The notes: a model not told the origin generated them from the letters alone. Shown: positions 19,133 through 28,940, counted from the stretch's first letter. The stretch is 64,000 nt of DNA from Synergistaceae bacterium (GCA_031257775.1 JAIROA010000033.1:1321-65320); one strand, 5' to 3'. A program made the numbers and translations.

Positions 19133-19920
19133 CGCCAGTAAAAAATGCCGTACAGGGCGTATTCGACCGCGCGCTCCAGATCAGCGTGAAGTATCTCGAC
19201 CATGGAAGGGATCACGGCAAGAAGGACGAGAAAACCGACGCTTATCTTAAGCGGGATGCCCAGTACAAAAACATTCATCTGCGGTACGGTCCTTGCCACG
19301 AAGCCGAGCCCTACATCGGCCAGTATTACCGAACCCAGCACGGGGAGGCTGAGGCTCATCGCTATCACGAAGAGACGCTGAAGCCAGTCCAGCCACGGAA
19401 CGCTGCCAGTCCCAGGCCACATGGAGACGCCCGGAGGCACTAGCTTGACGCTCTCCACGAGCGCGCGCACTATGAGCAAATGGCCATCCCAGTACAGGAA
19501 AAACCATATGGCAAGAAGATACTTTACCTGAGCCAAGACCGACGACTGCTGGGCTGAGAGCGGGTCAAACATGTTCATCATGTTAAAGCCCATGATCATG
19601 CCGTCTATATAGCCGGATGCCTGAAGCGCGTAAAGAGGCAGGCTCGATATGAAGCCGACGGCGGCCCCAAGGATAAACTCCCGGGCCGTCATGATAAAAA
19701 CATACGTCCAGCTCCCTAGCAGCACGGCAGGGACGGAGACGTCAGCGAGCGGGGTCACTATAACGGAGAGCATGACGGATGTCCAGAGTTTGACCTGATT
19801 CGGGAAGGAGGGCAGCATAAAGACTGACGAGGTGAAGATCATGGCCAGGAACCTTATGCTTATCATGAAATGGATGATTATCAATCTCACGAGAGCCTCG
19901 TCTGCCACGAAAGGAAGCAC
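19129..19920 (-). CDS. fliR: flagellar export apparatus protein FliR
   Basis: 263-aa polytopic membrane protein between fliQ and flhB, with a 4-nt overlap with flhB. Confidence 0.9.
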   Translation of the reverse strand: MLPFVADEALVRLIIIHFMISIRFLAMIFTSSVFMLPSFPNQVKLWTSVMLSVIVTPLADVSVPAVLLGSWTYVFIMTAREFILGAAVGFISSLPLYALQASGYIDGMIMGFNMMNMFDPLSAQQSSVLAQVKYLLAIWFFLYWDGHLLIVRALVESVKLVPPGVSMWPGTGSVPWLDWLQRLFVIAMSLSLPVLGSVILADVGLGFVARTVPQMNVFVLGIPLKISVGFLVLLAVIPSMVEILHADLERAVEYALYGIFYWR

Positions 19921-19932
19921 CGCGGATCTCCC

Positions 19933-20202
19933 CTAACTGACGTACTTGTACATGTTCGTGAAGAGGTTGATGGCAAGATCCCTAACAAGCGCGAACATCC
20001 ACGGGCCAAGCAGGACGAGAGCCAGAATGACTGCCAGTATTTTGGGGATGAAGGCAAGCGTTTGCTCCTGTATGGAGGTAGCGGTCTGAAGTATTCCCAC
20101 TATCAGGCCGACAGCCATGGCGATCAGAAGGACCGGCATGCTCGCCATCACGATAATAGTCACCGCGCTCCTCATTGCGTCTGAAATGCTCAGGAATTCC
20201 AT
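19933..20202 (-). CDS. fliQ: flagellar export apparatus protein FliQ
   Basis: 89 aa, two TM segments, contains the ILQTATSIQEQTLAFIPK motif. Confidence 0.9.
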   Translation of the reverse strand: MEFLSISDAMRSAVTIIVMASMPVLLIAMAVGLIVGILQTATSIQEQTLAFIPKILAVILALVLLGPWMFALVRDLAINLFTNMYKYVS

Positions 20203-20228
20203 CTATAGCCTCCGGCTTCCGGGCGACA

Positions 20229-21026
20229 TCAATTAAAGCTCGTGACGAGGCTCGCGACTATGAGGTTCCAGCCGTCGGCCATCACGAACAGCAGGATTTT
20301 AAAGGGCAGCGATATCATGGACGGGGGCAGCATCATCATCCCCATGCTCATGAGAATGCTTGCCACGATCATGTCGACGACAATAAAAGGTATATATATG
20401 ACAATGCCCATCTGGAATGCCGTTTTAAGCTCGCTCAGGACGAAAGCCGGTATGAGTGTCATCGTCGGCACGTCGTCCTGGCCCGCCGGCTGGCCTTCCC
20501 CGGAAAGCCGGAGCATGAGCGAAAGCTCCCTCTCCCTCGTCTGCCTGAACATAAACTGGCGAATCGGGCCCATCGTGCGCTCGAGCGCGGTCTGAACCGG
20601 AATCTCCTCCTGCATGTAAGGGGCGACCGCGCTGGAATACACCTCATTCCAGACGGGGCCCATCGTAAAGATTGTGAGGAAAAGGGCCATGGACGCCACC
20701 ACCTGGTTAGGAGGCGTCTGCTGAAGGCCTATCGCGCCCCTGATAAACCCAAGGACGACGAGTATCCGCGTAAAGCTCGTCAGCATAAGCAGAATGGCCG
20801 GCGCCATGCTCAGGACGGTAATCAGCGCGATTATCTGAATCGTCAGCGCGAGATCCTGAGGGCTGTCCGCCGCGCCGACCGCGACATTTATCGCGGGGAT
20901 CGGCAGGCTCGGCATATTCGGCGCGGGCGCTGCGCTTGCTGGCGCGATCATCACTAAGCACATTAAGAGAACCGCGGCCAAGGCGGTCTGGTGTTTTATT
21001 TTAAAAAGCAGGAAAGCGTTTTTCAC
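20229..21026 (-). CDS. fliP: flagellar export apparatus protein FliP
   Basis: Signal sequence followed by SMAPAILLMLTSFTRILVVLGFIRGAIG, which is the FliP signature. Confidence 0.95.
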   Translation of the reverse strand: MKNAFLLFKIKHQTALAAVLLMCLVMIAPASAAPAPNMPSLPIPAINVAVGAADSPQDLALTIQIIALITVLSMAPAILLMLTSFTRILVVLGFIRGAIGLQQTPPNQVVASMALFLTIFTMGPVWNEVYSSAVAPYMQEEIPVQTALERTMGPIRQFMFRQTRERELSLMLRLSGEGQPAGQDDVPTMTLIPAFVLSELKTAFQMGIVIYIPFIVVDMIVASILMSMGMMMLPPSMISLPFKILLFVMADGWNLIVASLVTSFN

Positions 21027-21493
21027 AGAAATTCACTATTCCCCTTCGTCTCCCCAGCTCCGTGTGTGCCTTCTCCCAAAGACGCCTCATAATCCTCCCA
21101 CTCGTCCATACTCCATCTGCCAAGGAGCGCGGGGCCGCTCTTGCCGACGAAAAGGGCCACGACGTCAGGGCCTATCTGGAGAATATACACGGCATCCCGC
21201 CCGAGGCTCATAGCCCCCAAAACGCACAGACGCCCGGCACTGCCGGTCTTAAACAGCTTCGGCAAAAACTTCGCCGCCGCAAATGCGATAGCCGCGAAAA
21301 GCGCCAGCGCAAGCAGCATCTTCTCGATGTACCCGGACAGCGTGCCTCCTAAGCCAGGCGGCTGTGGAAGCACGTCAGCGCTAGCGGCCAATAAAAGCGC
21401 GGTGCCGCAAATATAAAAAAAGAGCGCCAAGGCAGTCACTGAAATGAGCCTCAACGCCCGTTTTTCCGTTAAAAGCCTCGTTACGCTCTTCAT
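21023..21493 (-). CDS. fliO: FliO/FliZ-like flagellar export protein
   Basis: Two hydrophobic segments with a conserved position between cheY and fliP. 4-nt overlap with fliP. Confidence 0.6.
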   Translation of the reverse strand: MKSVTRLLTEKRALRLISVTALALFFYICGTALLLAASADVLPQPPGLGGTLSGYIEKMLLALALFAAIAFAAAKFLPKLFKTGSAGRLCVLGAMSLGRDAVYILQIGPDVVALFVGKSGPALLGRWSMDEWEDYEASLGEGTHGAGETKGNSEFL

Positions 21494-21518
21494 GAAACCT
21501 GAAGCATTAACGGGCGTT

Positions 21519-21881
21519 CTACAGCAATGCCTTGCCGAGAGCCTCCAGCACCCTGTCCGGCTGAAAGGGTTTTACGATAAAATCGGCGGCACCTGAACGT
21601 ATCGCCTCTATTACCATAGCCTGCTGCCCCATCGCGCTCACCATCACGACTTTAGCGGCAGGGTCAGCCGCCTTGATCTCCTTGACCGCGGCGATTCCGT
21701 CCATTTCGGGCATTGTGATATCCATCGTAACGACATCCGGCTTCAGTTCCGAATACATCTGGACGGCGACCCTGCCGTTGTCGGCCTCGCCGACCACCTC
21801 AAATCCGTTTTTCGCGAGAATATCGCGCAGCATCATTCTCATAAACGCCGCATCATCAACTATCAATACCTTTGTTCCCAT
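21519..21881 (-). CDS. cheY: chemotaxis response regulator CheY
   Basis: 120-aa single receiver domain: VLIVDDAAFMR ... DVVTMDITMPEMDG ... VMVSAMG ... FIVKPF. Confidence 0.9.
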   Translation of the reverse strand: MGTKVLIVDDAAFMRMMLRDILAKNGFEVVGEADNGRVAVQMYSELKPDVVTMDITMPEMDGIAAVKEIKAADPAAKVVMVSAMGQQAMVIEAIRSGAADFIVKPFQPDRVLEALGKALL

Positions 21882-21945
21882 TTTTATGCCCTCCTTGGAC
21901 GCCCGTTTTCAATATTGACTAGTCAATAAAACCGCAAACAGGGCC

Positions 21946-23085
21946 TCAAACGCCCATAGACCTAATACGCTCCGCCTTGCTCACGACTTCTGTCACCCTT
22001 ATGCCGAAACTCTCATCTATCACAACCACCTCGCCGCGTGCTATCAATTTACCATTGACCAACACGTCGACCGGTTCTCCTGCCATCTTATTTAATTCTA
22101 CCACAGAACCAGGCCCCAGGGCCAACACTTCGCCAATAGTTTTTCGAGTCCTGCCCAATTCTACAGTAACCCGTACCGGAATGTCGACTATCAAATCGAT
22201 ATTTCCTGGAGAACCGGCAAATTCCGAGCTTCCGAGCTGCGCAAATTCCACAGGGCGGGCGTCTACTGGCTGGGCTTGCGGGCGGGGCGGGAGCGAAACA
22301 GACTGCGAGGGCTGAGATGCGGCAGACGCCTGAGGCCTTGAAGGCATCATCTGAGGCGCGGGCGCGGACACAGGCGCGGGTTCCGGTGCCGGAGGCGCCA
22401 TAGCCTCCCTCACTTTAGCCGCAAGGGAAACCGCGTTCGCGGCGGGAATGAGCATGCTTAGAGAAAACGGCTCGACTCCCTGAACCGTCAGGTCTATCTT
22501 GCCGATCCACACGGGGGAGTCTTCCGCTTCGTCCTGGAACGGAATCCATGTCCCCTCGTCGTCAAGGCTCGACGACGACGAGTCCGCGGCAAGGCGCGCT
22601 CCGCCCATGAGGCCGCTAAGGTTCGTGAGCGCGGAGCCTATGAGCTGACTTAAGCCTTCCTGAGCCGCGGAGAGATAAAGATCGTTCGCCTCAGCCGGGA
22701 GTTCCTTCGCGTCGCCGCCCATCATGAGGTCAGCTAAGGCAAGAGCCCCGCTCTCGCCCATTATGAGCCGCGCGGGGGCTGAATCCAGCCCGTTCAGCGT
22801 CATGGAATACGAAAAGACCTTCGGGCTGCCTACCTCGCCCGCAATGGAGTTCTGAGGGGACTCCGTCTGGGTTCCGAGATTCGTAGTGACGTCGCGCCCG
22901 GCTAACATCCCTATGACGTTGCTTGCCGCGCTTGCCAGTATGCCGGTCACCTCGTTCAGCACCGTAAGATCGTCCTGCGTCAGGATGCCGCCCGCAGGGG
23001 CGGCCGGGGATGCGCCGCCAGGTTCCGGCGTTCCGGAGAGAAGCGCGTCTATTTCGTCCTGATTAAGAAACTCGTCAACCATCAT
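21946..23085 (-). CDS. fliY: flagellar motor switch phosphatase FliY (CheC-like N-region plus FliN C-domain)
   Basis: I place the start at ATG 23085 (MMVDEFLNQDEIDALL), which overlaps the fliM stop as TAATG. C-terminal FliN/SpoA domain: IPVRVTVELGRTRKTIGEVLALGPGSVVELNKMAGEPVDVLVNGKLIARGEVVV. About 379 aa, like B. subtilis FliY. Confidence 0.85.
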   Translation of the reverse strand: MMVDEFLNQDEIDALLSGTPEPGGASPAAPAGGILTQDDLTVLNEVTGILASAASNVIGMLAGRDVTTNLGTQTESPQNSIAGEVGSPKVFSYSMTLNGLDSAPARLIMGESGALALADLMMGGDAKELPAEANDLYLSAAQEGLSQLIGSALTNLSGLMGGARLAADSSSSSLDDEGTWIPFQDEAEDSPVWIGKIDLTVQGVEPFSLSMLIPAANAVSLAAKVREAMAPPAPEPAPVSAPAPQMMPSRPQASAASQPSQSVSLPPRPQAQPVDARPVEFAQLGSSEFAGSPGNIDLIVDIPVRVTVELGRTRKTIGEVLALGPGSVVELNKMAGEPVDVLVNGKLIARGEVVVIDESFGIRVTEVVSKAERIRSMGV

Positions 23086-24089
23086 TATTCCTCCCCTTCG
23101 GGGATCATGTCTTCCCCAAGTATTTCCGTCACCTGAGCGGCGTAATTTTTGTCGCGCATGCCGGGCACGCACATGAACTTAACCCTGTTGCCGACCCTCA
23201 TGCCCATAGGATCCTTAGCTGTTCCGTCAAGCCTGATCACGTCGCCTGTCTGAAGCTGGAGGACGTCGCCTAAGCTGACGATGCTGTGACCCAATTCAAG
23301 CGCGAGCGGCACAGAGACGTCATGGAGCCGATTTCTCAGGATATCGAGCGCGCCCTCCGTTCCCTTGCGGCTCGTCGAGGAGAACCACTGCTGCGAGCTG
23401 AGCTTATCTATCAATGGCTCTATCACGAAGTATGGAATGCAAAAGTTCATGATGCCCTGCACGTCGCCTATCTGAGTCTTCATCGTGACTAGAAGCACCA
23501 TATCGCTGCCCGGGCAGACCTGAACGAAAAACGGATTGTTCTCCATGGTCTCGAAGCGGAACCTTATGTCGACTACGGTGCTCCAGCTCTCCTCCAGATG
23601 CTCCAGTATCTTCATCATCACGCGCTCCATAACGGTGCGCTCTATGTCCGTCAGATCCCTGGGCTTGCGAAGAGGCTCGCCTTTACCGCCAAGCAGGCGG
23701 TCTATGATCGCGAAAGTAAGCTGGTTATTTACCTCAAGTATCGCGTTGCCGCTCAGGGGGTACATCTCGAGAACCCCTATCACGGTCGGCTGGACAAGGG
23801 AGTTTATGAACTCATCGTAGGCGAGCTGATCCACTGCCACGACCTCGACCGATACCATGGAACGGACCATAGTCGACAAGGACGTGGTCAGAGTGCGGCA
23901 AAACGATTCATGGATCATCTGAATCGCGCGCAGCTGATCCTTGCTGAATTTATCAGGCCTTCTGAAATCGTAGCGTTTGAGCGGCTTTTCCTCGGGCGCC
24001 TGCATCTTCGATATGTCGTCGCCCCCGCTCGATATAGCCTGCAAAAGGGAATCTATTTCATTTTGGGACATGACCTCCGGCGGAACCAT
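23085..24089 (-). CDS. fliM: flagellar motor switch protein FliM
   Basis: N-terminal CheY-P binding peptide (SQNEIDSLL), RYDFRRPDKFSKDQLRAIQ, and a C-terminal SpoA domain. AAGGGAGG SD. Confidence 0.9.
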   Translation of the reverse strand: MVPPEVMSQNEIDSLLQAISSGGDDISKMQAPEEKPLKRYDFRRPDKFSKDQLRAIQMIHESFCRTLTTSLSTMVRSMVSVEVVAVDQLAYDEFINSLVQPTVIGVLEMYPLSGNAILEVNNQLTFAIIDRLLGGKGEPLRKPRDLTDIERTVMERVMMKILEHLEESWSTVVDIRFRFETMENNPFFVQVCPGSDMVLLVTMKTQIGDVQGIMNFCIPYFVIEPLIDKLSSQQWFSSTSRKGTEGALDILRNRLHDVSVPLALELGHSIVSLGDVLQLQTGDVIRLDGTAKDPMGMRVGNRVKFMCVPGMRDKNYAAQVTEILGEDMIPEGEE

Positions 24090-24110
24090 GCTGAAACCTC
24101 CCTTGTCAGG

Positions 24111-24572
24111 CTACTGAGTCATATACTCGTCGAAGAGGATCTTTTTTATGGATGCCTCTCCGGCTTCCCTCGGCAGGATGGAGTTGAGCCTCGTCTTCAG
24201 GTCGAGCTTCAGGCTCTCCATGCCCTCAGTGAAGCGAATTACGTCATACCGCTGATCCTTCAGCGTCTTTATGACCTCGTCCTTTATCGTCAGCATCCAT
24301 CCGTTCGCGGACGCGTTGATCCTGTCGTACGCTTTCATTCCAGTCAGCTCCAGCGTGATTTTCAGTTTCACGACGTGTATTTCCTGGTCGGCCAGGGTGG
24401 ATGTGAACTGCCCCAACTCAAGCATCGGGCCCGGGTCTGGCACTTGATCCGACACCGCCGGGGCGCTGCCCCCAAAATACCTGAGGCCGACGACCGCCCC
24501 TCCGATGACCCCTGCTATGAGAACCACGATGCCAACGATTGATATGATTAGAGTTTTTCTAGCAAATGCCAT
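24111..24572 (-). CDS. fliL: flagellar basal-body-associated protein FliL
   Basis: 153 aa with a single N-terminal TM segment. Conserved position after motB and before fliM. Confidence 0.8.
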   Translation of the reverse strand: MAFARKTLIISIVGIVVLIAGVIGGAVVGLRYFGGSAPAVSDQVPDPGPMLELGQFTSTLADQEIHVVKLKITLELTGMKAYDRINASANGWMLTIKDEVIKTLKDQRYDVIRFTEGMESLKLDLKTRLNSILPREAGEASIKKILFDEYMTQ

Positions 24573-24609
24573 CCGGAACTGCCTCCTTGCGTCGTCCTGA
24601 GTTCGTGCT

Positions 24610-25350
24610 TTAGTGTATGCCGTGCTGCGACAGGATCACCATGTCCACTCTTCTATTGAGCGCCATATGCTCCTCCGTGTCGTTCGGGGATTTTGGCCTT
24701 GCCGCGCCTAACCCCACGGCTTTCAGCCTTTTATCCGAGATGCCTATCTCGTTGTTAAGATAGGTGACGACGGCCGCGGCTCTCGCGGCGGAAAGCCCCC
24801 AGTTGTTTATGTATATGCTGTTCCGCAGAACAGCCGAATCCGTATGCCCCACAAGCTCCACTTCATTCGGCATGGAGTTTATTATCGTCCCTATCTTGTA
24901 AATGATGCGAAGCGCTTCGGGACGGATCCGGGCGGAGCCTTCCGCAAAGAGGAGCTGCTCCGAGAACGATATCACGATCCCCCGCTCATCCATATCTATT
25001 CTTATATCGTCACCTAGATTCTCCTGCTTTATAGCTTCCTGCACAAGAGCCAAAACCCGATTTGCGTTGTTGGTCTGATCGGACTCTGTAGGCCTTGCGG
25101 CATCCCCGGCACCCTCCCCCAGCGCGCCGTCCATCAGTGACTGCCTGCTGGAAGCAGAGGGGCCTCCAGGCATTATGTTGAAAGCCTGCTGCAGGGACTC
25201 GGCCAGAGCATTGAATTTTTGCGTGTCAAGCGACGAAAAAGCGTAGAGGAGAACGAAAAAACAGAGAAGGAGCGTCACCATGTCTCCGTAAGTCGCCAGC
25301 CAAAGGGGCGCTCCAGGCGCTGAGGGAGGGGCTTTTTTCTTCCTGGCCAT
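24610..25350 (-). CDS. motB: flagellar stator protein MotB
   Basis: N-terminal PLWLATYGDMVTLLLCFFVLL with the conserved Asp, and a C-terminal OmpA-like domain (GHTDS ... NRRVD). Confidence 0.9.
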   Translation of the reverse strand: MARKKKAPPSAPGAPLWLATYGDMVTLLLCFFVLLYAFSSLDTQKFNALAESLQQAFNIMPGGPSASSRQSLMDGALGEGAGDAARPTESDQTNNANRVLALVQEAIKQENLGDDIRIDMDERGIVISFSEQLLFAEGSARIRPEALRIIYKIGTIINSMPNEVELVGHTDSAVLRNSIYINNWGLSAARAAAVVTYLNNEIGISDKRLKAVGLGAARPKSPNDTEEHMALNRRVDMVILSQHGIH

Positions 25351-25359
25351 CCCGAGGGC

Positions 25360-26142
25360 CTACCCTTCGTCCTCTTTGCCGGCATCAAGCAGTTTGCGAA
25401 GCTTCGGCGGCAGGAACACCTTCAGTTTTTCCTCGACGATCCTCGGGTTCTCGCCAGCCTGGATGGAGAGAATGCCCTCAACCATCAGTTCCCTGGACAG
25501 CACTTCGCGGCTCGAGTTCTGCGTGAGTTTTTTCCCGAGCGGGATGGCAATCATGTTGGCCAGCAGGGAACCGTAAAACGTCGTAACGAGCGCGACCGCC
25601 ATGCCGGGCCCCAGCGCGCTCGGGTCGCTCAGGTTCCCGAGCATCTGGATGAGGCCTATGAGCGTCCCGAGCATCCCGAAGGCAGGGCCAAGCTCCGCCA
25701 CCGAGTCGATAAGCCCCTTGTTGTCGTTGTGCCGTTCCTCAAGCAAACCTATATCCGTGTCCAGGATGGATTTCACCAGCTCAGGATCAGTCCCGTCCAC
25801 TACGAGCTGTATGGATTTCCGAAGGAACTCGTCGTCGAGCTGCCCAGCGTCTTCTTCCAGAGCGAGAAGCCCTTCCCTCCGCGCCTTTTCGGCGAAGCTC
25901 ACGAGCGTCTGTATTAGCCCTATCATGTCGATCTGTTCATTGACAAAGGCTGCTTTTAGAATCTGGCCGACCATCTTGCTCCGCTCAAGAGGGTTTGCCA
26001 CTATCGTAGCGCCGAAAGTCCCGCCAAGCACTATGAAAATGGACGGTATGTCCACAAATGCCCCGACGTCCCCGCCCATGATCATGCCTGCCAGCACGAC
26101 TATTATCGAAAGAGATAAACCAACGACAGTCGCTAAATCCAC
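25360..26142 (-). CDS. motA: flagellar stator protein MotA
   Basis: 260 aa with four TM segments. MotA/TolQ/ExbB motif region GPAFGMLGTLIGLIQML ... ALVTTFYG. Confidence 0.9.
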   Translation of the reverse strand: MDLATVVGLSLSIIVVLAGMIMGGDVGAFVDIPSIFIVLGGTFGATIVANPLERSKMVGQILKAAFVNEQIDMIGLIQTLVSFAEKARREGLLALEEDAGQLDDEFLRKSIQLVVDGTDPELVKSILDTDIGLLEERHNDNKGLIDSVAELGPAFGMLGTLIGLIQMLGNLSDPSALGPGMAVALVTTFYGSLLANMIAIPLGKKLTQNSSREVLSRELMVEGILSIQAGENPRIVEEKLKVFLPPKLRKLLDAGKEDEG

Positions 26143-26195
26143 TTTCTGATCACCTCATTCCCGCCCTAGGGCAGCCCTAAACGGCAAAAACATGC

Positions 26196-26390
26196 TCACA
26201 GCACGACGGGCTTGGAAGCATTCCTGCGGAAAGACTCAATTTTATCTATAATTTCGCTTAACGTCTCTTTTACCAAATACTTATGCCCGTTCAGCATCGT
26301 GACGACAGTGTCCGGCGTTTCCTCGAGAATCTCTATCTGATCCGAGTTCAACGCGAATTTCTCGCCTTTAATCCTTGTAAGTTCAATCAT
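26196..26390 (-). CDS. flbD: flagellar protein FlbD
   Basis: MIELTRIKGEKFALNSDQIEILEETPDTVVTMLNGHKYLVKETLSEIIDKI matches the FlbD family. I prefer ATG 26390 over GTG 26402. Confidence 0.85.
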   Translation of the reverse strand: MIELTRIKGEKFALNSDQIEILEETPDTVVTMLNGHKYLVKETLSEIIDKIESFRRNASKPVVL

Positions 26391-26447
26391 AAACAATAAC
26401 ACGCCCTTTTCTTGCAGACGCTAACGGAATCGCGCCGTGATTATAAT

Positions 26448-26497
26448 ACAAAAAAACCTATAAAAACAGTGGAGGATGACTAAATGTCACCCTCCAC
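26448..26497 (-). terminator. intrinsic terminator downstream of flgE
   Basis: Minus-sense RNA reads GUGGAGGGUGAC-AUUUA-GUCAUCCUCCAC. That is a 12-bp stem with one G-U pair and a 5-nt loop (26469-26497). It is followed by UGUUUUUAUAGGUUUUUUUG. Confidence 0.65.
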
Positions 26498-26513
26498 CGC
26501 TAGGCAAAATCGC

Positions 26514-28214
26514 CTAACGTTTCATGTTAATAAGCTCTTCCAGCACCTGATCGGACGTCGTTACGACCCTCGTGTTGGCCTGGAAGCCCCTCTGAGCGCG
26601 GATTAAGTTCACGAACTCCTCGGTAAGGTCGACGTTGGACATCTCTATCGTGTTGCCAACGATTTTGCCCGCGCCGCCCTCCATCGGGGTGCCTATCTGC
26701 GCCATCCCGGAGTTAACCGTCTCGGCAAAGCACGTCTCGCCGACTTTGAGCAGCCCTCCCGTGTTCGCGAACATCGCAAGGGCCACCTGCGCTATGGGCA
26801 GGCTCTTCCCATTCGTAAACGAGCCGGTTATTATGCCGGTCTGCGAGACGGACCAACTGTCAAGAGTGCCCATCGCGTAGCCGTCCTGATAGTAGGGCGT
26901 AGTCGTTGATGTCGCTGAACTATATTGCGTAATGCCGTCGATAGGCGCCTTTTCGGTACCTACCTGCCTGCCAACGCTGTAACCCAAAAAGTCCAGTTCT
27001 ATCGAGTTTGGCTCGTAACCTGGCGGCTGAGTCGTTACCGAACCTTCCGAACCCTCCGTGTTGAAGTCCGCCCCGACCTTGCCGGTAACGGTGAGATCCC
27101 CTCCGGTGAGAGCAGTGCGGGGCTGGCCGTCCACGATAAAAACCTCTTTCAGAGTAGCGTTGCCTGCTCCACTCCGCAGGGCGGCAAGATCTTCCGGCTC
27201 ATAATAATATGACCGCTTCAGAAGGCCGTCGTCACCAAAGACGAGCGTCCCCGCGCCTTCGCCGCCCATCAGTATCGGAGGGGTAGCGTTAGGATCACTT
27301 TCAAGCCTTTTGCCGTCAGCGTCGACGTAGTACGAGTACCAGTCCCACTCGGTCTCAGCGGATGTCGGTGGACTGGCGGCAGTATTGGCGGGTTTAGTGA
27401 CGACCTTGCGCCAGACCGTTTCCTGCGTATACTGATTGCCCAGCGAATCATACACGCTGATCTTCGTGACATGGTCATTCGTCTTCATGATGCTCTGCGC
27501 GAACTCTTCCAAGGCTGTGCCATTTGTAACGCTCGTATCGCTGGCAAAGAAAGTAGCTTGATTGCCAGTATTAACGCTAAAGGCGCGCTTTATATCGCTG
27601 GAATACATCTCAGTCGTCGATGTTATGTATTTCGCCTGAGGCGTACAGCTGCTGGAGAGATTGCATTTAAAGGCCAGGAGCGTAGTTGCCTTGGCGGGTA
27701 TCTTCTGGCCGATCTGTATGTTTACCGTGGAAAGCCTGCTGTCCCTCACGCGCTCGACGGTGCCCGTGGCCTGGTTCATCTGCTCCTTAAAGGCATAGCC
27801 CTGAACCAGGTAACCGTTGCCCTGCATAACGAGATTCCCGTTGCTGTCGAGCGAGAAGTTGCCTGCGCGGGTATATAGCGTCTGACCGTCGTTCTGAACG
27901 ACGAAAAAGCCTTCCCCGCTTATCATCATGTCCGTCGCGATGCCGGTGGACTGAGAGCTGCCCTGCGTGAAAACATGCTCAATGGAACCAATCTGAACGC
28001 CAAGGCCAACCTGCGCCGGGTCGATTCCGCCAATGGGAACGGCGTTGTCCGGGGCGCTTGGGTTCTTCACGCTCTGGTATATCATGTCCCGGAAGTGAAG
28101 GACGTCGCGCTTGTAGCCCACGGTGTTAACGTTGGCTATGTTGTTGCCTGTGACATCAAGGTACGTCTGGTGCGCTTTCACGCCGCTGACGGCAGCATAA
28201 AGAGAACGAAGCAT
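26514..28214 (-). CDS. flgE: flagellar hook protein FlgE
   Basis: N-terminal MLRSLYAAVSGVKAHQTYLDVTGNNIANVNTVGYKR and C-terminal SNVDLTEEFVNLIRAQRGFQANTRVVTTSDQVLEELINM. Confidence 0.95.
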   Translation of the reverse strand: MLRSLYAAVSGVKAHQTYLDVTGNNIANVNTVGYKRDVLHFRDMIYQSVKNPSAPDNAVPIGGIDPAQVGLGVQIGSIEHVFTQGSSQSTGIATDMMISGEGFFVVQNDGQTLYTRAGNFSLDSNGNLVMQGNGYLVQGYAFKEQMNQATGTVERVRDSRLSTVNIQIGQKIPAKATTLLAFKCNLSSSCTPQAKYITSTTEMYSSDIKRAFSVNTGNQATFFASDTSVTNGTALEEFAQSIMKTNDHVTKISVYDSLGNQYTQETVWRKVVTKPANTAASPPTSAETEWDWYSYYVDADGKRLESDPNATPPILMGGEGAGTLVFGDDGLLKRSYYYEPEDLAALRSGAGNATLKEVFIVDGQPRTALTGGDLTVTGKVGADFNTEGSEGSVTTQPPGYEPNSIELDFLGYSVGRQVGTEKAPIDGITQYSSATSTTTPYYQDGYAMGTLDSWSVSQTGIITGSFTNGKSLPIAQVALAMFANTGGLLKVGETCFAETVNSGMAQIGTPMEGGAGKIVGNTIEMSNVDLTEEFVNLIRAQRGFQANTRVVTTSDQVLEELINMKR

Positions 28215-28373
28215 TTTATATTCCTCCTGTTTTTCTCGCAGTCCCTTGCCGTCATCTTTTCCAACTTCCTGGTCGGATTTGCTTCCAAAAATGCAGCGTT
28301 ATTATAATTTATGAATAACACCGAATCTTCTAAGTAGAAAACTGACTCGGACGCGGCTATGGCGCACGTTCTT

Positions 28374-28922
28374 TTACTGGCCCTCTTCCTCTCCCTCATC
28401 GGACGTTTCCGGAGTCTCTGTGGTTTCCGGCGTATCCGAATCCTCTGGAGTTTCTGGCGTCTCTGACGTTCCTTCGCCGGTACCCGCGTAGTAGCTGCCT
28501 ATCTGCTCCACTTTGCTGAAAGGTACGTACGTTCCGTCCGTAAGATAGAGGTTTACCTCCCCGTCGACTATATCGAGGAACGACACCATCCCGGCCTTGA
28601 CCTGACCGTCCTCGCCGAGATAGCCTACGACCTTGCCTATGAGCGACACAGCGGAAGCCGCCGTCGTGGCGGTATTAGCCGCTATGAGCGTCTCGAGGTT
28701 CTTGTTCATCGTAATCTGCTGCTCAAGGCCCGAGTATGTAGCAAGCTGGGTCACGAACTCCGTGTCGTTCATCGGGTTCGTCGGATCCTGATTGGTGAGC
28801 TGAGTCACCAGAAGTTTCAGAAAGTCCTCCTTGCCCAGGCTGTCGCCCTTGCTCTCCCTTGTGATGGTATCCTCATATTTCACGTAGTTAGTTGTGCCAA
28901 CTGCTGACGTGCTATCGGCCAT
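28374..28922 (-). CDS. flgD: flagellar hook capping/assembly protein FlgD
   Basis: LGKEDFLKLLVTQLTNQDPTNPMNDTEFVTQLATYSGLEQ is the FlgD signature. Has an unusual acidic PET-rich C-terminal tail. Confidence 0.9.
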   Translation of the reverse strand: MADSTSAVGTTNYVKYEDTITRESKGDSLGKEDFLKLLVTQLTNQDPTNPMNDTEFVTQLATYSGLEQQITMNKNLETLIAANTATTAASAVSLIGKVVGYLGEDGQVKAGMVSFLDIVDGEVNLYLTDGTYVPFSKVEQIGSYYAGTGEGTSETPETPEDSDTPETTETPETSDEGEEEGQ

Positions 28923-28940
28923 CTCAATTGCCCCCTCTTG

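Noticed and set aside
28178-28399. 73-aa minus-strand ORF spanning the flgD-flgE intergenic region.
   Set aside because: It overlaps the ends of both flgD and flgE, has no SD and has implausible composition. The 159-nt region is better read as intergenic, with the flgE SD (CAGGAGG).
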